From: a virus
Lineage: Duplodnaviria > Caudoviricetes
IMG/VR virus record: IMGVR_UViG_3300032239_000491
Span: 1-26,055 of that record
Length of the DNA: 26,055 bases
Strand: one strand, 5' to 3'
Numbering within the stretch: the stretch's first letter is position 1; each line of letters starts with the position of its first letter. Positions 16,101 through 24,326 of this stretch are shown in pieces. The translations under genes and the position numbers were made by a program. A model generated the notes under the pieces. The model was not told the origin of the DNA, ran no database searches, and saw only the letters and a program-made list of their open reading frames with translations.

Positions 16101-19077
16101 GGAAAGATGAATGCGCGATGCCCTTTTGCGTGTCGGTGTTGACCGCAATCACGCCGCCAAGCTCGAAGCCGTCTGCCCCGGTGGGGTCGGTATAAGCCAC
16201 GACCTTGTCGGCCAGACCGACGCCGCCAAGAGCGTCGGCAATGACGTTTACGGCTGCTTCGTTTTCTGGAGTAGGCGCGGCAAGGACCGGGACTTCCACG
16301 TTATGGACGGCTGCTGCGCGGTCCAGGCGGGCTTGAAGCTCGGCTCTGGCAGTGGCTCCAGTTCCCGTAACAGGGGCGTCAGACACCCGCCCTTGGGCGT
16401 CGCCCAGACCGAACGTGGTTCTGCTTGTGTCGAGTGTTTCACCTGAGTAGGATACCGCACTTGGTGCTTGCGTTGTCTGGGGCGCGGCTTGCTGGGTAAA
16501 GGCACCCGGCTCAGCCTGGCGCGCGGTCAGCTCAATGGCAGCACTGCGACGCGAGATCGGAGCGATGCTCTCGTCGCCAGCCATCGTTTGAAGCTGGTCG
16601 TCGCTGATGTTTGCAACCGGTGTGCCTTGGATGGTTTGCGGGCGCGGCGCGTTCAGGCGCAGCTTGTCGAACCCCATCTTCTGTTCCAGGTCGGGGTTGA
16701 TGCCAGCGGCAGCTTGCTGTTCCGGCACTGTCGCAGCTTGCTGCTCCGGCACCGTAGCGCCGGTCATGGTGGGTTCTACGCGGTCGGGGGTGACCGGCAT
16801 TTCAGCGCCGGTGAAAGCAGGCTCAACGCGGTCGGGGATGACCGGCATTTCAGCGCCGGTGAAAGCAGGTTCGGCCCGGTCGGCTGCGGTAGCCATCTCT
16901 GTGCCAGTCAGGCCAGGCTCAGCTCGGTCAAACCCGGCAGCCATCTCTGTGCCGGTCAGGGTGGGCTCGGCTGGCAACACTTCGCCTGGGATCGCCTCGC
17001 CCGTCAGGGTGGGCTCTAGCATTTCGCTAAGAGAGCCGGACAGGTTATCCGCAGCCGTGGCCGCATCACCCGCTGTGGTGGATTGCTGAAGGTCTGCCTG
17101 GTCCTTTTGAGCGCGGACCTGATCTTCGTAGGCGCGCGACGCTGCCATCGCTTCGGCCAAAGGCGCAAAGGCCCGGTCCTGATAGGCTTGGACCGCGCCT
17201 TCCATTTTTGCCACGTTGGCGTTGAACGCGCCAGGGCTTGCAGACAAAGCGCGGCGGGCTTCCAAATCGGTTGCCTCGGCGTTTGCCTGACGTGCGTCCA
17301 CGTCAGCTTGGAATGCATTGGCGAATTCACGTTGGCCAGATTTGAACGCGGCGGCTGTATGGGGTATCGCCAGCGGTCCTTCCATGGCCGCGCCCAAAAC
17401 GGCGGCTTCGGCAACACCATCAAGCAGATCGGTATTTTTTCCTTCGACGAATTTGTCTACGCCGTTTTGAATGATCTGAGTTGAGGCTTCTTCGATTGCC
17501 CCGGCTACGGTTTGGCCAGTAACGGCTTTGCCAGTGGCTGCAAAAGCCTTGCCGATTGATTGAACAGTAGGCGCTTGCAAACTAAGGGGGAGCTTAGAAA
17601 GCGCCGCCATGCTGTGATCAAAAACACCAAAGGTGATGTGCTCACCTAAGATTTCGGCTCCGCCTTTAAGCAAAGCCCCGGTCGAGCTGTCGCCTTCTCC
17701 ATACGCTTGGCCAGCGGTTTGCGCTCCCATCATCGGCAATACAAATGGCCGCGCAACTGGAAACACCGTGGCCACAAAATTCTCGACAATGTTTGGTGCC
17801 TGGGCAACCATATTCAAACCAAGCCATTGACCAAACTCGCCTTTTTTCCAGGCTTCGGTCATAGGTTGCTTGCCTTCTTCCGGCATCGCGCTGTTGGCTG
17901 TTACGGCCAATCGATCAGCCCAGTCGTATGTTGGCGCACGAACGCCCTCATCTCCAGCCAAGCCAGTTACCCTGGCTGCAAAATCCACAATCGTCGGAAT
18001 CGCATTAGCAATACCAGAGATGGTTTGAGCTCCACCGGAAACAAGCGCCGCTTGAACTGGATTTTTCTTCGCATAGGCTTCTGCCGCCAGATCGCGTTTG
18101 GCGGCCCTTTCCCGGTCCGCTATGGCCTCTATGCTGGTGTCGGCTGTGTTGACCCCGCGCCGCGCGGCGTCAAGGTCTAAGGCTCGTTGAACGCGCGCCT
18201 CTTCGCTTGGCGCGCGGTCCAGGTAATCGGACAACGTCGGCGCAGTGTTGGGAAAGATCACTGGCGCAGGAGGCGCGGCTGGGCCTGTACCGGGCGCGCG
18301 TGGTGCGGGGGTTACCTTTTTGCTTCCGGCAAGCAGACCCACCATGGTGCGGGTACCGGGCTGGTCGGTGTTAAGACGAATAGCCTCGTCTTCTTTTTGT
18401 ACATCCAGCAAAATTTGTTGAGCTGCACGCGCGCGAACATCGGTTCCTTTGGCTGCTGCTTGCAAAGCGGCAAGGCGCTTCTCAGGCGGGATGTCAGCAA
18501 AGCTCTGGCGCACCTCAGCGATGAAGCCTGGTTGCAGCATGAAGCCAGGTTGCTTTGTTTTATCGGTGGTGTCTTTGAAAGTCCTGGCAACAATCGGCAC
18601 GTACTCGCTGCTTGATTTAACTTCGGGCTCATCGGTGTAGTGCGGAGTGCCGGTTGCGTCAACGTAGTCGATTCGTTGAGCAGCGCGGCGCTGGCCAGGG
18701 CGGGTAGGCAATACTGAAGTATTTGCAGCAGGCGTCACCACCGCAGCAGGCGCTGGTGCCGCGACCGGCACTTCCACGCCAGCAGTCTTGGCCCGGGCCG
18801 CGATCTCGCGGTCAAGCGCAGCCTGGTCGCCTAAGTAGCGGACAGCGTCAGCCTGGTTGCCAGACTTCTGTGCTTCGGCTGCCAGGCGCTGGGCGTTCTC
18901 GCGCTCACGCTGCAAGATGCCAAGCGACTCCTGATCGCGTGCGACTTGGTCGCTGGCGGATACCTTGAACGGGGTTACATCTTTGCGGCCACCAAAAACT
19001 TCAGCGTCTGACAGATAGGCGGGTGAACTTTTAGCACCGCCACCAAAAACTTCTTCATCCGAAAGATAGGCGGCCAT
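13183..19077 (-). CDS. Polyvalent internal virion protein, 1964 aa: Gly/Ala hydrophobic region, repeats, HExxH metallopeptidase-like, ART-like and HhH-glycosylase-like domains
   Basis: HESFH (16087-16101) plus EMSADF; RHYS..IYFY..LDNIYD..GFDGY; WY..ISSQ..GPKIG.GFY.NL..VTMDMW..QALIW. Confidence 0.85.
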   Translation of the reverse strand: MAAYLSDEEVFGGGAKSSPAYLSDAEVFGGRKDVTPFKVSASDQVARDQESLGILQRERENAQRLAAEAQKSGNQADAVRYLGDQAALDREIAARAKTAGVEVPVAAPAPAAVVTPAANTSVLPTRPGQRRAAQRIDYVDATGTPHYTDEPEVKSSSEYVPIVARTFKDTTDKTKQPGFMLQPGFIAEVRQSFADIPPEKRLAALQAAAKGTDVRARAAQQILLDVQKEDEAIRLNTDQPGTRTMVGLLAGSKKVTPAPRAPGTGPAAPPAPVIFPNTAPTLSDYLDRAPSEEARVQRALDLDAARRGVNTADTSIEAIADRERAAKRDLAAEAYAKKNPVQAALVSGGAQTISGIANAIPTIVDFAARVTGLAGDEGVRAPTYDWADRLAVTANSAMPEEGKQPMTEAWKKGEFGQWLGLNMVAQAPNIVENFVATVFPVARPFVLPMMGAQTAGQAYGEGDSSTGALLKGGAEILGEHITFGVFDHSMAALSKLPLSLQAPTVQSIGKAFAATGKAVTGQTVAGAIEEASTQIIQNGVDKFVEGKNTDLLDGVAEAAVLGAAMEGPLAIPHTAAAFKSGQREFANAFQADVDARQANAEATDLEARRALSASPGAFNANVAKMEGAVQAYQDRAFAPLAEAMAASRAYEDQVRAQKDQADLQQSTTAGDAATAADNLSGSLSEMLEPTLTGEAIPGEVLPAEPTLTGTEMAAGFDRAEPGLTGTEMATAADRAEPAFTGAEMPVIPDRVEPAFTGAEMPVTPDRVEPTMTGATVPEQQAATVPEQQAAAGINPDLEQKMGFDKLRLNAPRPQTIQGTPVANISDDQLQTMAGDESIAPISRRSAAIELTARQAEPGAFTQQAAPQTTQAPSAVSYSGETLDTSRTTFGLGDAQGRVSDAPVTGTGATARAELQARLDRAAAVHNVEVPVLAAPTPENEAAVNVIADALGGVGLADKVVAYTDPTGADGFELGGVIAVNTDTQKGIAHSSFHESFHVAERIAAADTAAGRTDTPAQQYVASIHSLFDDMSDDGKRAYVSNFLNKDELDAIQDPVAREARITEMLSAPKTRSEMSADFMGNRATDKRFLASLAKADPQGFGGFVTKWVGILDGMISRLKGVRVRSNLESVKVDSYLKDLNRAKMVARDALVAYRNGTLQQLAPTTTPPAMSLRQGEENAPTSIVTGSENLPSAPAPSGRGFSENGGGPTPAYGTARQGAISVVGRHYSTTPRQSLSGAYYGQGLKGAERDRLDRSTDPRLKNRIYFYVDQGAGIRPESGVGGYAHETRLDNIYDPQTRIIKPQPDANAFESAVINAGFDGYIAPFGNNQSAVVLLGQKHKTVPVKAIGQPAAAAPVENAAPSVLKKGLMSKELSQIDTSNIPGARVRAGNLEVPAEQRDAANAELKRIGSEVRFSAKEEEAPPTDSKVYKDVADKIGLSAAEYNATALPLMTGGVKDKAFQAPVVGGIPEVVQWLDQRRAATGLPKLDINKPADRTTLAKLLASEAVAAIKSAGNAVEWYDETVAKTLRIMAVKYPELNTDQNARNAFLIATAISSQTMNVEDNLKYASSQYEQFRKTGKFPEVGTGKSAPAMANNFALANDVLAKMGPDLLRRFLQTEFTKRELETMGYSIGGESMDEKLLGSAIFGPKIGFGFYSNLSGNFEPVTMDMWFMRTVGRLAGTLPAFDAELFPKQVAKLRAAIAEKGPANVGVYANQFDPAVVQAAMESDEGAIALARQVHSLHNRQFIKERAAFDSGTRIKTALVGASDTIIKSADKPTDAPGSGGERQRLRDVVRQMVDMVQEQTGKRVPPAALQALIWYPEQELYKKLGVRLRVTSQDYAGAAESLLKKEGFNERRLRTAAKPGPGPARQVAGQQVAGTNQPTSGTNGPSGPIQGAERETFVHANTPLESIFEGLNKRGLAKTRAEAAIESRPDGAQIKYVHENFLDILSELDDSGLVEINC
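13326..13514 (-). CDS. Nested +1-frame ORF, 62 aa
   Basis: AAAGAGG-6nt-ATG; host-frame codons become A-ending over the overlap; host peptide is a linker. Confidence 0.6.
   Translation of the reverse strand: MNDDYAQQPNLDQDQHDKWLASRSREQISRLAERTAQAARSKEQSGKLSSTPTRPSNQSLKD
15372..15545 (-). CDS. Nested +1-frame ORF, 57 aa (absent from ORF track)
   Basis: AAGGAG-AAGAAA-ATG; MHRPVSSQEVKTYQAHQRQVDEALVKMGAVRPQPTEQPAKEPSPLSADTTQRLPVNR; lies in the peptidase/ART linker. Confidence 0.6.
   Translation of the reverse strand: MHRPVSSQEVKTYQAHQRQVDEALVKMGAVRPQPTEQPAKEPSPLSADTTQRLPVNR
16710..17016 (-). repeat. Coding tandem repeat: five 48-bp (16-aa) units plus a partial sixth, then two 24-bp units
   Basis: EPTLTGEAIPGEVLPA / EPTLTGTEMAAGFDRA / EPGLTGTEMATAADRA / EPAFTGAEMPVIPDRV / EPAFTGAEMPVTPDRV / EPTMTG, then ATVPEQQA x2. 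Confidence 0.92.
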
Positions 19078-19079
19078 AG

Positions 19080-20306
19080 TTACTGGAGCTTCCAGCCTTT
19101 ACCATCCCAAACAGCAGTCTTGCCTTTGTTTGGTCCGGCTTGAACAACTTGAGTCTCACCCACTTTATGCCCGCTTGTATCCGCCGCCGGGGGCGGCGTA
19201 CCGCGCGCACCCAGGGCTTCTTTTTGCAGGCTGATCGCTTGATCGCGCATAGCGATTGCATCCGCACGCTGCCGGTCCCAAGATGCTTTGGACTCCGGTG
19301 TTTTGCCAGGTCCAAGATTGTCAAGCGAAGTGAGAGTTGCGTTGGCCGAGTTGATGATCGTGCTCAGGCGCTCATGCGTTTGGCCAGCTTTGTCTTTTCC
19401 GACTATTTCTGTCTCAGCTTTGACTTTGCCTGTTCTTGCGTTGATCTCTTCTGTTCTTGCATTGATCTCAGGAATTTCAGCTGCAATCTTATCGACTTCC
19501 TTTTTCAGGTTGGTAATGCGCTGGCGATGCTCATCAGCTTGCGCGTCGTATGATTTAGCTTGCGAACCTTTTTCAGCAATCGCTGCGGTGCCCACGGCGG
19601 TGGTTGATGTATCGCCTGTAAACACATTACGGGTCACATCGGAGTCACCTGCAAACGGCGCATGGCCTTTGGCGATTGCGCCAAGCTGGGCTGCTTTTGT
19701 GACATCGCCGCCCGCTTGGGCACCTTCCATGGCGTTGGTAACCAAACCAATTTGCCGACCTTCCGCAATGTTCTTTGCTTCGCTGCCAGCAACATAAGAT
19801 TGTTGGATGTCAGACAGCATTTTTGACTTGGCGGCAAACTCTTTCTTAAATCCTTCGGGCAAATATTTTTCAGTTATTGGTTGGGGGCCGTAATTGTCGT
19901 CAGCCACCGTTCCGATTTCGCGCTCCTGTTGAAAGGCCGACATGTTACCGGTCTTGCGCGCGTTGTAAAACTGCTCATATTCGGGTACGGTCATACCCAT
20001 TTGGCCAGCCATCATGTCGGCCAGCTTGCCGCCAGGAGCGATGTCTTCTGGAGCAAAACCCTTCATACCGCCGGTGCCGCCTTTTTGTTCAGCCGTGCGC
20101 CGATAGATTTCATTCTGGCCTGCTTGCCAATCGCGTTGATCTTGCTTTTGTTGTTCTTGCCAATCGCGTTGATTTTGACGTTCGTCTTCGCGTAAGGCGT
20201 GAGCTTGGCGCATTTCATAATCGCGCACACCCATAGAGCCAAGCGAAGTGCCAGCGGCAGCAATTCCTTGGCCTACTCCAGACCAAATCAATCCAGCTCC
20301 AGCCAT
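19080..20306 (-). CDS. Putative internal virion/ejection protein, 408 aa
   Basis: Gly-rich amphipathic N-terminus, Q/E/R coiled coil, C-terminal KTAVWDGKGWK; no Cys seen; AGGAG SD. Confidence 0.75.
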   Translation of the reverse strand: MAGAGLIWSGVGQGIAAAGTSLGSMGVRDYEMRQAHALREDERQNQRDWQEQQKQDQRDWQAGQNEIYRRTAEQKGGTGGMKGFAPEDIAPGGKLADMMAGQMGMTVPEYEQFYNARKTGNMSAFQQEREIGTVADDNYGPQPITEKYLPEGFKKEFAAKSKMLSDIQQSYVAGSEAKNIAEGRQIGLVTNAMEGAQAGGDVTKAAQLGAIAKGHAPFAGDSDVTRNVFTGDTSTTAVGTAAIAEKGSQAKSYDAQADEHRQRITNLKKEVDKIAAEIPEINARTEEINARTGKVKAETEIVGKDKAGQTHERLSTIINSANATLTSLDNLGPGKTPESKASWDRQRADAIAMRDQAISLQKEALGARGTPPPAADTSGHKVGETQVVQAGPNKGKTAVWDGKGWKLQ

Positions 20307-20308
20307 GA

Positions 20309-20728
20309 TTAAGCTCCTTGAGTAAAGACCGAAGGATCAACCTGGTCCATCGCTTGTTGCAATTTGGAAGTATTTACGCCGTTCTCGCCCAGGTAACGCA
20401 GCAGCATCATCTTGAATGCGTTGGCTGCATCGACTGGCGACAGGTCTACCTTGGCCGCGCTTGCGATGTCGGTCACTTCTTTCAGGATCGCCATGGCCAA
20501 CAAGCCAATCATCTCGCGCGGCACCTTGCCGTCTGTGCGCTCGTCGACCGTGTTGGTTATTTCGTATGCGATGTTGGCCATGGTTTCGACTTTGTCTTTA
20601 CCAGCGCGCACCTGCTCGGCAACGTCTTTGGCAGCGCCTTTCTCATACAAAACTTGAAGCGCGTACTTCATCGCTTGGACAAATTGAGGGTTGTCTTCGT
20701 TTGCTCCGCCCATTTGTTTTTTAATCAC
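20309..20728 (-). CDS. Hypothetical helical protein of the virion module, 139 aa
   Basis: GTG with GGGAGG SD; tight spacing to neighbours. Confidence 0.75.
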   Translation of the reverse strand: MIKKQMGGANEDNPQFVQAMKYALQVLYEKGAAKDVAEQVRAGKDKVETMANIAYEITNTVDERTDGKVPREMIGLLAMAILKEVTDIASAAKVDLSPVDAANAFKMMLLRYLGENGVNTSKLQQAMDQVDPSVFTQGA

Positions 20729-20729
20729 G

Positions 20730-21728
20730 TTAACCTCCCATCACGGATTGAACTGCGCCGTAGCCGGGCGGCAGTTGACCATACATTTGAGCAAACTGCG
20801 AGCCCGGCACATAGCCAGGTGCACCTGGCGCAACTTGAGGCATGTATCGCCGAGCCAAGCCAACAGGCATCGGAGCCGGGCCAGGAGCGGTTGCGTACTG
20901 GCCGGGTGCAAATAGATTTGAACCTACGTTGGCGTTGCGCAACTCTTGAGCTTTTCGCAATTGCTCGGCTTCATACTCGCGTTGCTCTTGAGCTGCTTGT
21001 TGTTGGCCAATACCGGAAATAACATGCCCGGCCACAGACGTGGCTCCGCTGATCAAACCATATTTGGCCAAATCGCTTTTGGGGGTCAGGTAGTCAAGTG
21101 CTTGCGAGTACCAGGGCTGTGTTGCGGCGGGGGCTCCTGCTGCCGTTTCAACAACCGGGGTGTAAGCACTTGCGGCTGCCGGGCTCAAAACACCTGGCGC
21201 ACCGCTGGCAACTGCTGGAGCAGCACCAGCGCCCGATGCAGCACTGGACCCAACTCCACTGTAAACAGGCGCAGCCGGAGGGGGCGCAGAAGCAACAGAC
21301 GCCGCTGATGGTGCCGCGCTAAGACCGGAGCCTGCTGCAAACCTGGCGGCGTTTGCTCCTGCATCGCCAGCCGCTCCCCAAGAACCGCCAATTGTGCTGG
21401 CTGCTTGGCTAAGACTGCCCGCCTCGCCAGAAGTTGCCAATCCCCAGGCGCTGCTTAAACTACTTGCGGCGCTCGATACCCCGGTCCCCATGCCACTTAA
21501 AAAAGACCCTCCTGCCCCCATACTGCCAAACCCTCCTGACAGGGCCGCACCTCCAAAGTAAATTGCGCCAGCAATGATGATGGCTTTGCCAATGTCTGAA
21601 TCGTAAATTTGTTTTGCAAGGGTGCCAACGCCTTTGACAGCGCCGTCTACCGCGTCGCCAATACCTTTCAAAACACCGCTGACCGCATCGCCGATGCCGC
21701 CAAACGCTTGACCGATTTCTTTAGCCAT
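20730..21728 (-). CDS. Gly/Ala-rich putative membrane-interacting ejection protein, 332 aa
   Basis: AGGAG SD; amphipathic N-terminus, hydrophobic AIIIAGAIYFGGAAL, Q-rich coil. Confidence 0.75.
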   Translation of the reverse strand: MAKEIGQAFGGIGDAVSGVLKGIGDAVDGAVKGVGTLAKQIYDSDIGKAIIIAGAIYFGGAALSGGFGSMGAGGSFLSGMGTGVSSAASSLSSAWGLATSGEAGSLSQAASTIGGSWGAAGDAGANAARFAAGSGLSAAPSAASVASAPPPAAPVYSGVGSSAASGAGAAPAVASGAPGVLSPAAASAYTPVVETAAGAPAATQPWYSQALDYLTPKSDLAKYGLISGATSVAGHVISGIGQQQAAQEQREYEAEQLRKAQELRNANVGSNLFAPGQYATAPGPAPMPVGLARRYMPQVAPGAPGYVPGSQFAQMYGQLPPGYGAVQSVMGG

Positions 21729-22170
21729 ACGTGACTCCTAAGATGTAACTGACCTGGCGCGTTTCACGTGAAAAGCCAAGCCGTTTGAGAAACTTTACCA
21801 GGCGGTCGTCAACACCTGGCTCCAATGAAAAGATCGCCATCTTGATGCCTGGTCGGCTCTTGACCCATTTGGCAAACTCGCGGATCAGTTGCAGACCAGC
21901 GCCCTTGACCAGCGTGTAGTACAGCAGGACCGAGCACTGCATGCGCTCAAACCAAAATCCCTTTTGCACGCACGCTGCGAATGCAGCAACAACTTTGCCG
22001 TCTTCGTCCTCTGCAACCCACATGAAGTGAGCCGGGTTCAAGCACAGCTTGGCAGCGGCTGTCATGCCTTCCTTGTCGATCTTGACCGGGATCGGGTCGT
22101 TGGACACGGACACGACCGCGATCTCGACAATCGCTGGCACGTCTGCTGGTGTGGCTTTGCGGTAGATCAT
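21721..22170 (-). CDS. GNAT-fold acetyltransferase-like protein
   Basis: YRKATPADVPAI, WVAEDEDGKVVA, GAGLQLI...W, FLKRLGF; usual position beside podovirus internal proteins. Confidence 0.82.
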   Translation of the reverse strand: MIYRKATPADVPAIVEIAVVSVSNDPIPVKIDKEGMTAAAKLCLNPAHFMWVAEDEDGKVVAAFAACVQKGFWFERMQCSVLLYYTLVKGAGLQLIREFAKWVKSRPGIKMAIFSLEPGVDDRLVKFLKRLGFSRETRQVSYILGVTYG

Positions 22171-24239
22171 GCTGGTGTTGGTGCGGTGATTGGCGGAATG
22201 GTGGTGCCGTAAAACTTGGACGCCCAGCTCATTTGGCTGTTGGCGTAGGTGACCAAGTTGTTGATCGCGGCCTTCTTGGCGTCTGCGTTCAACGTGCCGT
22301 CGGCGATGATTGCGTCCACACCGGCCATCGTGGTGTTGCTGATGTTCGCAGCAAACGTGGTCGGGATGTTGTCACGGTTCGCTGTGATCTGCAAACCAAG
22401 CTGCTTGAGCTTAGCGTCATTGTCCGCAAGCTGGCGCTTGTCGAGGTTGTTTTGCTCAATGCTGAATTGGCTGCTCTTGAGCGCCAGTTCTTGATCAAAC
22501 CGGTTGGTAACGCCAGATTCTTGTAGCTTGGCTATGGCTTCGGTGGTGGCAAGCTGTTTGGCTTGCAAATCGGATTGACCTTGGCGTTGCAGCTCAGCCT
22601 GGCGGGCGGCAAAGTCGTTCTGGATTGTGTTTTGGCTGGCGGCAAAGGTTTGTTGTCCAGTCTGCAAAGACGTCTGCTGAGCACGGTCCAAAGCCGATTG
22701 CGCGCTGCTGAATGTTTGTTGCGCTTTTTGTAGATCGGCCTGAGCTGCCAAGCTCTTGTCTGTAACGGCAATTTGCTGAGCCCGATCCAATTGAGCCTGG
22801 GCGGAAGCAAAGTTTTGCTGAGCCTGCTGCATGGTGACCTGCTGGCCACGCTCCAGCGCGCCTTGCGCAGCGGCAAAGGTTTGCTGACCGGCTTGAAGGC
22901 TTGTCTGCTGTTCGCGGTTGAGCGCGTTTTGCGCAGCGTCGAAATCCTTTTGCGCTTGAGCCAAAGCAGCTTGCGCGCCGATGCTTTTGTCCGTAAGCGC
23001 GGTTTGTTGCGCGCGGTCCAAAGCCGATTGGGCCGAAGCAAAAGTTTGCTGAGTTGCAGTCTGGCCAGCGGTGAATTGCTGTTGGCTGGTTTGGAGGGCC
23101 GTTTGCTGTTCGCGGTTGAGCGCGTTCTGAGCCGATTCAAAATCTTTCTGGGCTTGGGCCAAAGCAGCTTGGGCTCCGATGCTTTTGTCCGTAAGCGCGG
23201 TTTGCTGTGCGCGATCCAAAGCGGATTGGGCAGAAGCAAAGGTCTGCTGATTGGTTTGAAGACCTGTTTGCTGTTCGCGGTTAAGCGCGTTCTGCGCGGC
23301 GTCAAAGTCTTTCTGGGCTTGAGCCAAAGCAGCTTGCGCTTGAATGCTCTTGTCGGTGACCGCGTTTTGTTGCGCGCGGTCCAGCGCAGCTTGAGCGGCT
23401 GCAAAAGTTTGCTGGCCGGTTTGAAGACTTGTTTGCTGAGTACGGTTAAGCGCGTTCTGTGCGGAGTCAAAATCTTTCTGGGCTTGAGCCAAAGCCGCCT
23501 GGGCTCCAATGCTCTTGTCGGTGATCGAGTTTTGTTGCGCGCGGTCCAGGGCGGACTGGGCTGCGGCAAAGGTTTGTTGAGCTGTGGCTTGGCCAGCGGT
23601 GAATTCCTGCTGGCTGGTTTGCAGTTCTTTTTGCTGAGTGCGATTAAGCGCGGTCTGCGCGGCGTCAAAATTCTGCTGAGCTTTTTGGAGGGCGGACTGG
23701 GCCTCGACGCTCTTGTCGGCGATGGCGGTTTGCTGGGCGCGGTCCAGTTGGGATTGAGCAGCAGCAAAGTTTTGGTTGATCTGGTTTTGCGAAGCGGCAA
23801 ATGCTTGTTGGCCTGTTTGCAAGCCGTACTTGTTTTGTTCGCCAGCGTTAAATTGCCCGCCTGTGTTGACCGCGTTTTGGTTGCCTATAGCACGGTTGCC
23901 AAAAATGGAAGCGTCTGCCGCAGCAATAGGCGTAGCCCGGTCCAGCATGGCTGCCACACCGGCACCTTGAGACATCGAGCTGTTGATCAAGCCCCGCTGG
24001 GCCATGCCTTGCTTTGCCTGGGCACGCGCTTGTTGCATGAGCGGGCTGTCCTCGGCAATAATGCTTTGGAGCTGGCCAGCGGTCGTTTCTTTGGCCGTGT
24101 CGACCGTGCTTAGCTGGGGCGTGTACTGGGCTGCTGTTGGGCCGGGGTTGGGATTTAACGGCGAGACGTTGTTCGACGCGGGCGTGAGAGTGCCGGTGCT
24201 GTTCGCCGAAATGTCAAAAGGATTATTGGTCGTCGCCAT
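22167..24239 (-). CDS. Gln/Ala-rich long coiled-coil virion protein, 690 aa (ATG 24239 preferred)
   Basis: GGAG SD; AQRGLINSS motif; long repeat array. Confidence 0.85.
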   Translation of the reverse strand: MATTNNPFDISANSTGTLTPASNNVSPLNPNPGPTAAQYTPQLSTVDTAKETTAGQLQSIIAEDSPLMQQARAQAKQGMAQRGLINSSMSQGAGVAAMLDRATPIAAADASIFGNRAIGNQNAVNTGGQFNAGEQNKYGLQTGQQAFAASQNQINQNFAAAQSQLDRAQQTAIADKSVEAQSALQKAQQNFDAAQTALNRTQQKELQTSQQEFTAGQATAQQTFAAAQSALDRAQQNSITDKSIGAQAALAQAQKDFDSAQNALNRTQQTSLQTGQQTFAAAQAALDRAQQNAVTDKSIQAQAALAQAQKDFDAAQNALNREQQTGLQTNQQTFASAQSALDRAQQTALTDKSIGAQAALAQAQKDFESAQNALNREQQTALQTSQQQFTAGQTATQQTFASAQSALDRAQQTALTDKSIGAQAALAQAQKDFDAAQNALNREQQTSLQAGQQTFAAAQGALERGQQVTMQQAQQNFASAQAQLDRAQQIAVTDKSLAAQADLQKAQQTFSSAQSALDRAQQTSLQTGQQTFAASQNTIQNDFAARQAELQRQGQSDLQAKQLATTEAIAKLQESGVTNRFDQELALKSSQFSIEQNNLDKRQLADNDAKLKQLGLQITANRDNIPTTFAANISNTTMAGVDAIIADGTLNADAKKAAINNLVTYANSQMSWASKFYGTTIPPITAPTPA
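22590..23810 (-). repeat. Degenerate coding repeat array built from 33-bp (11-aa) modules, in 55- and 66-aa units
   Basis: Phe residues spaced 11, 22 or 33 aa apart; ALDRAQQ..TDKSI.AQAAL.QAQKDF recurs. Confidence 0.9.
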
Positions 24240-24257
24240 GGTTTGCTCCACAAAGTG

Positions 24258-24282
24258 AAAAGCCGCTTTGCAGCGGCTTTTT
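24258..24282. terminator. Intrinsic terminator, possibly bidirectional
   Basis: AAAAGCCGCT-TTGC-AGCGGCTTTTT; GCAA loop and UUUU on the minus strand, downstream of the lysozyme gene. Confidence 0.75.
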
Positions 24283-24326
24283 GCGGGCGCACTGCCCCCA
24301 CAAATATTTTACGTCAAAATAGGTTG

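Noticed and set aside
16710-17016. 48-bp repeats as a CRISPR array or DGR repeat
   Set aside because: Contiguous in-frame coding repeats without unique spacers; no reverse transcriptase in the window.
13623-18662. Other same-strand alternative-frame ORFs in the 1964-aa gene (13623-14021, 15177-15359, 15948-16148, 17016-17423, 18312-18662)
   Set aside because: No convincing SD noticed; P/R/S/W-rich off-frame composition; they overlap regions where the host frame looks normal.
22532-24113. Two long alternative-frame ORFs (422 aa minus, 446 aa plus)
   Set aside because: Stop-free because the repeat unit lacks stops in those frames; no translation signals.
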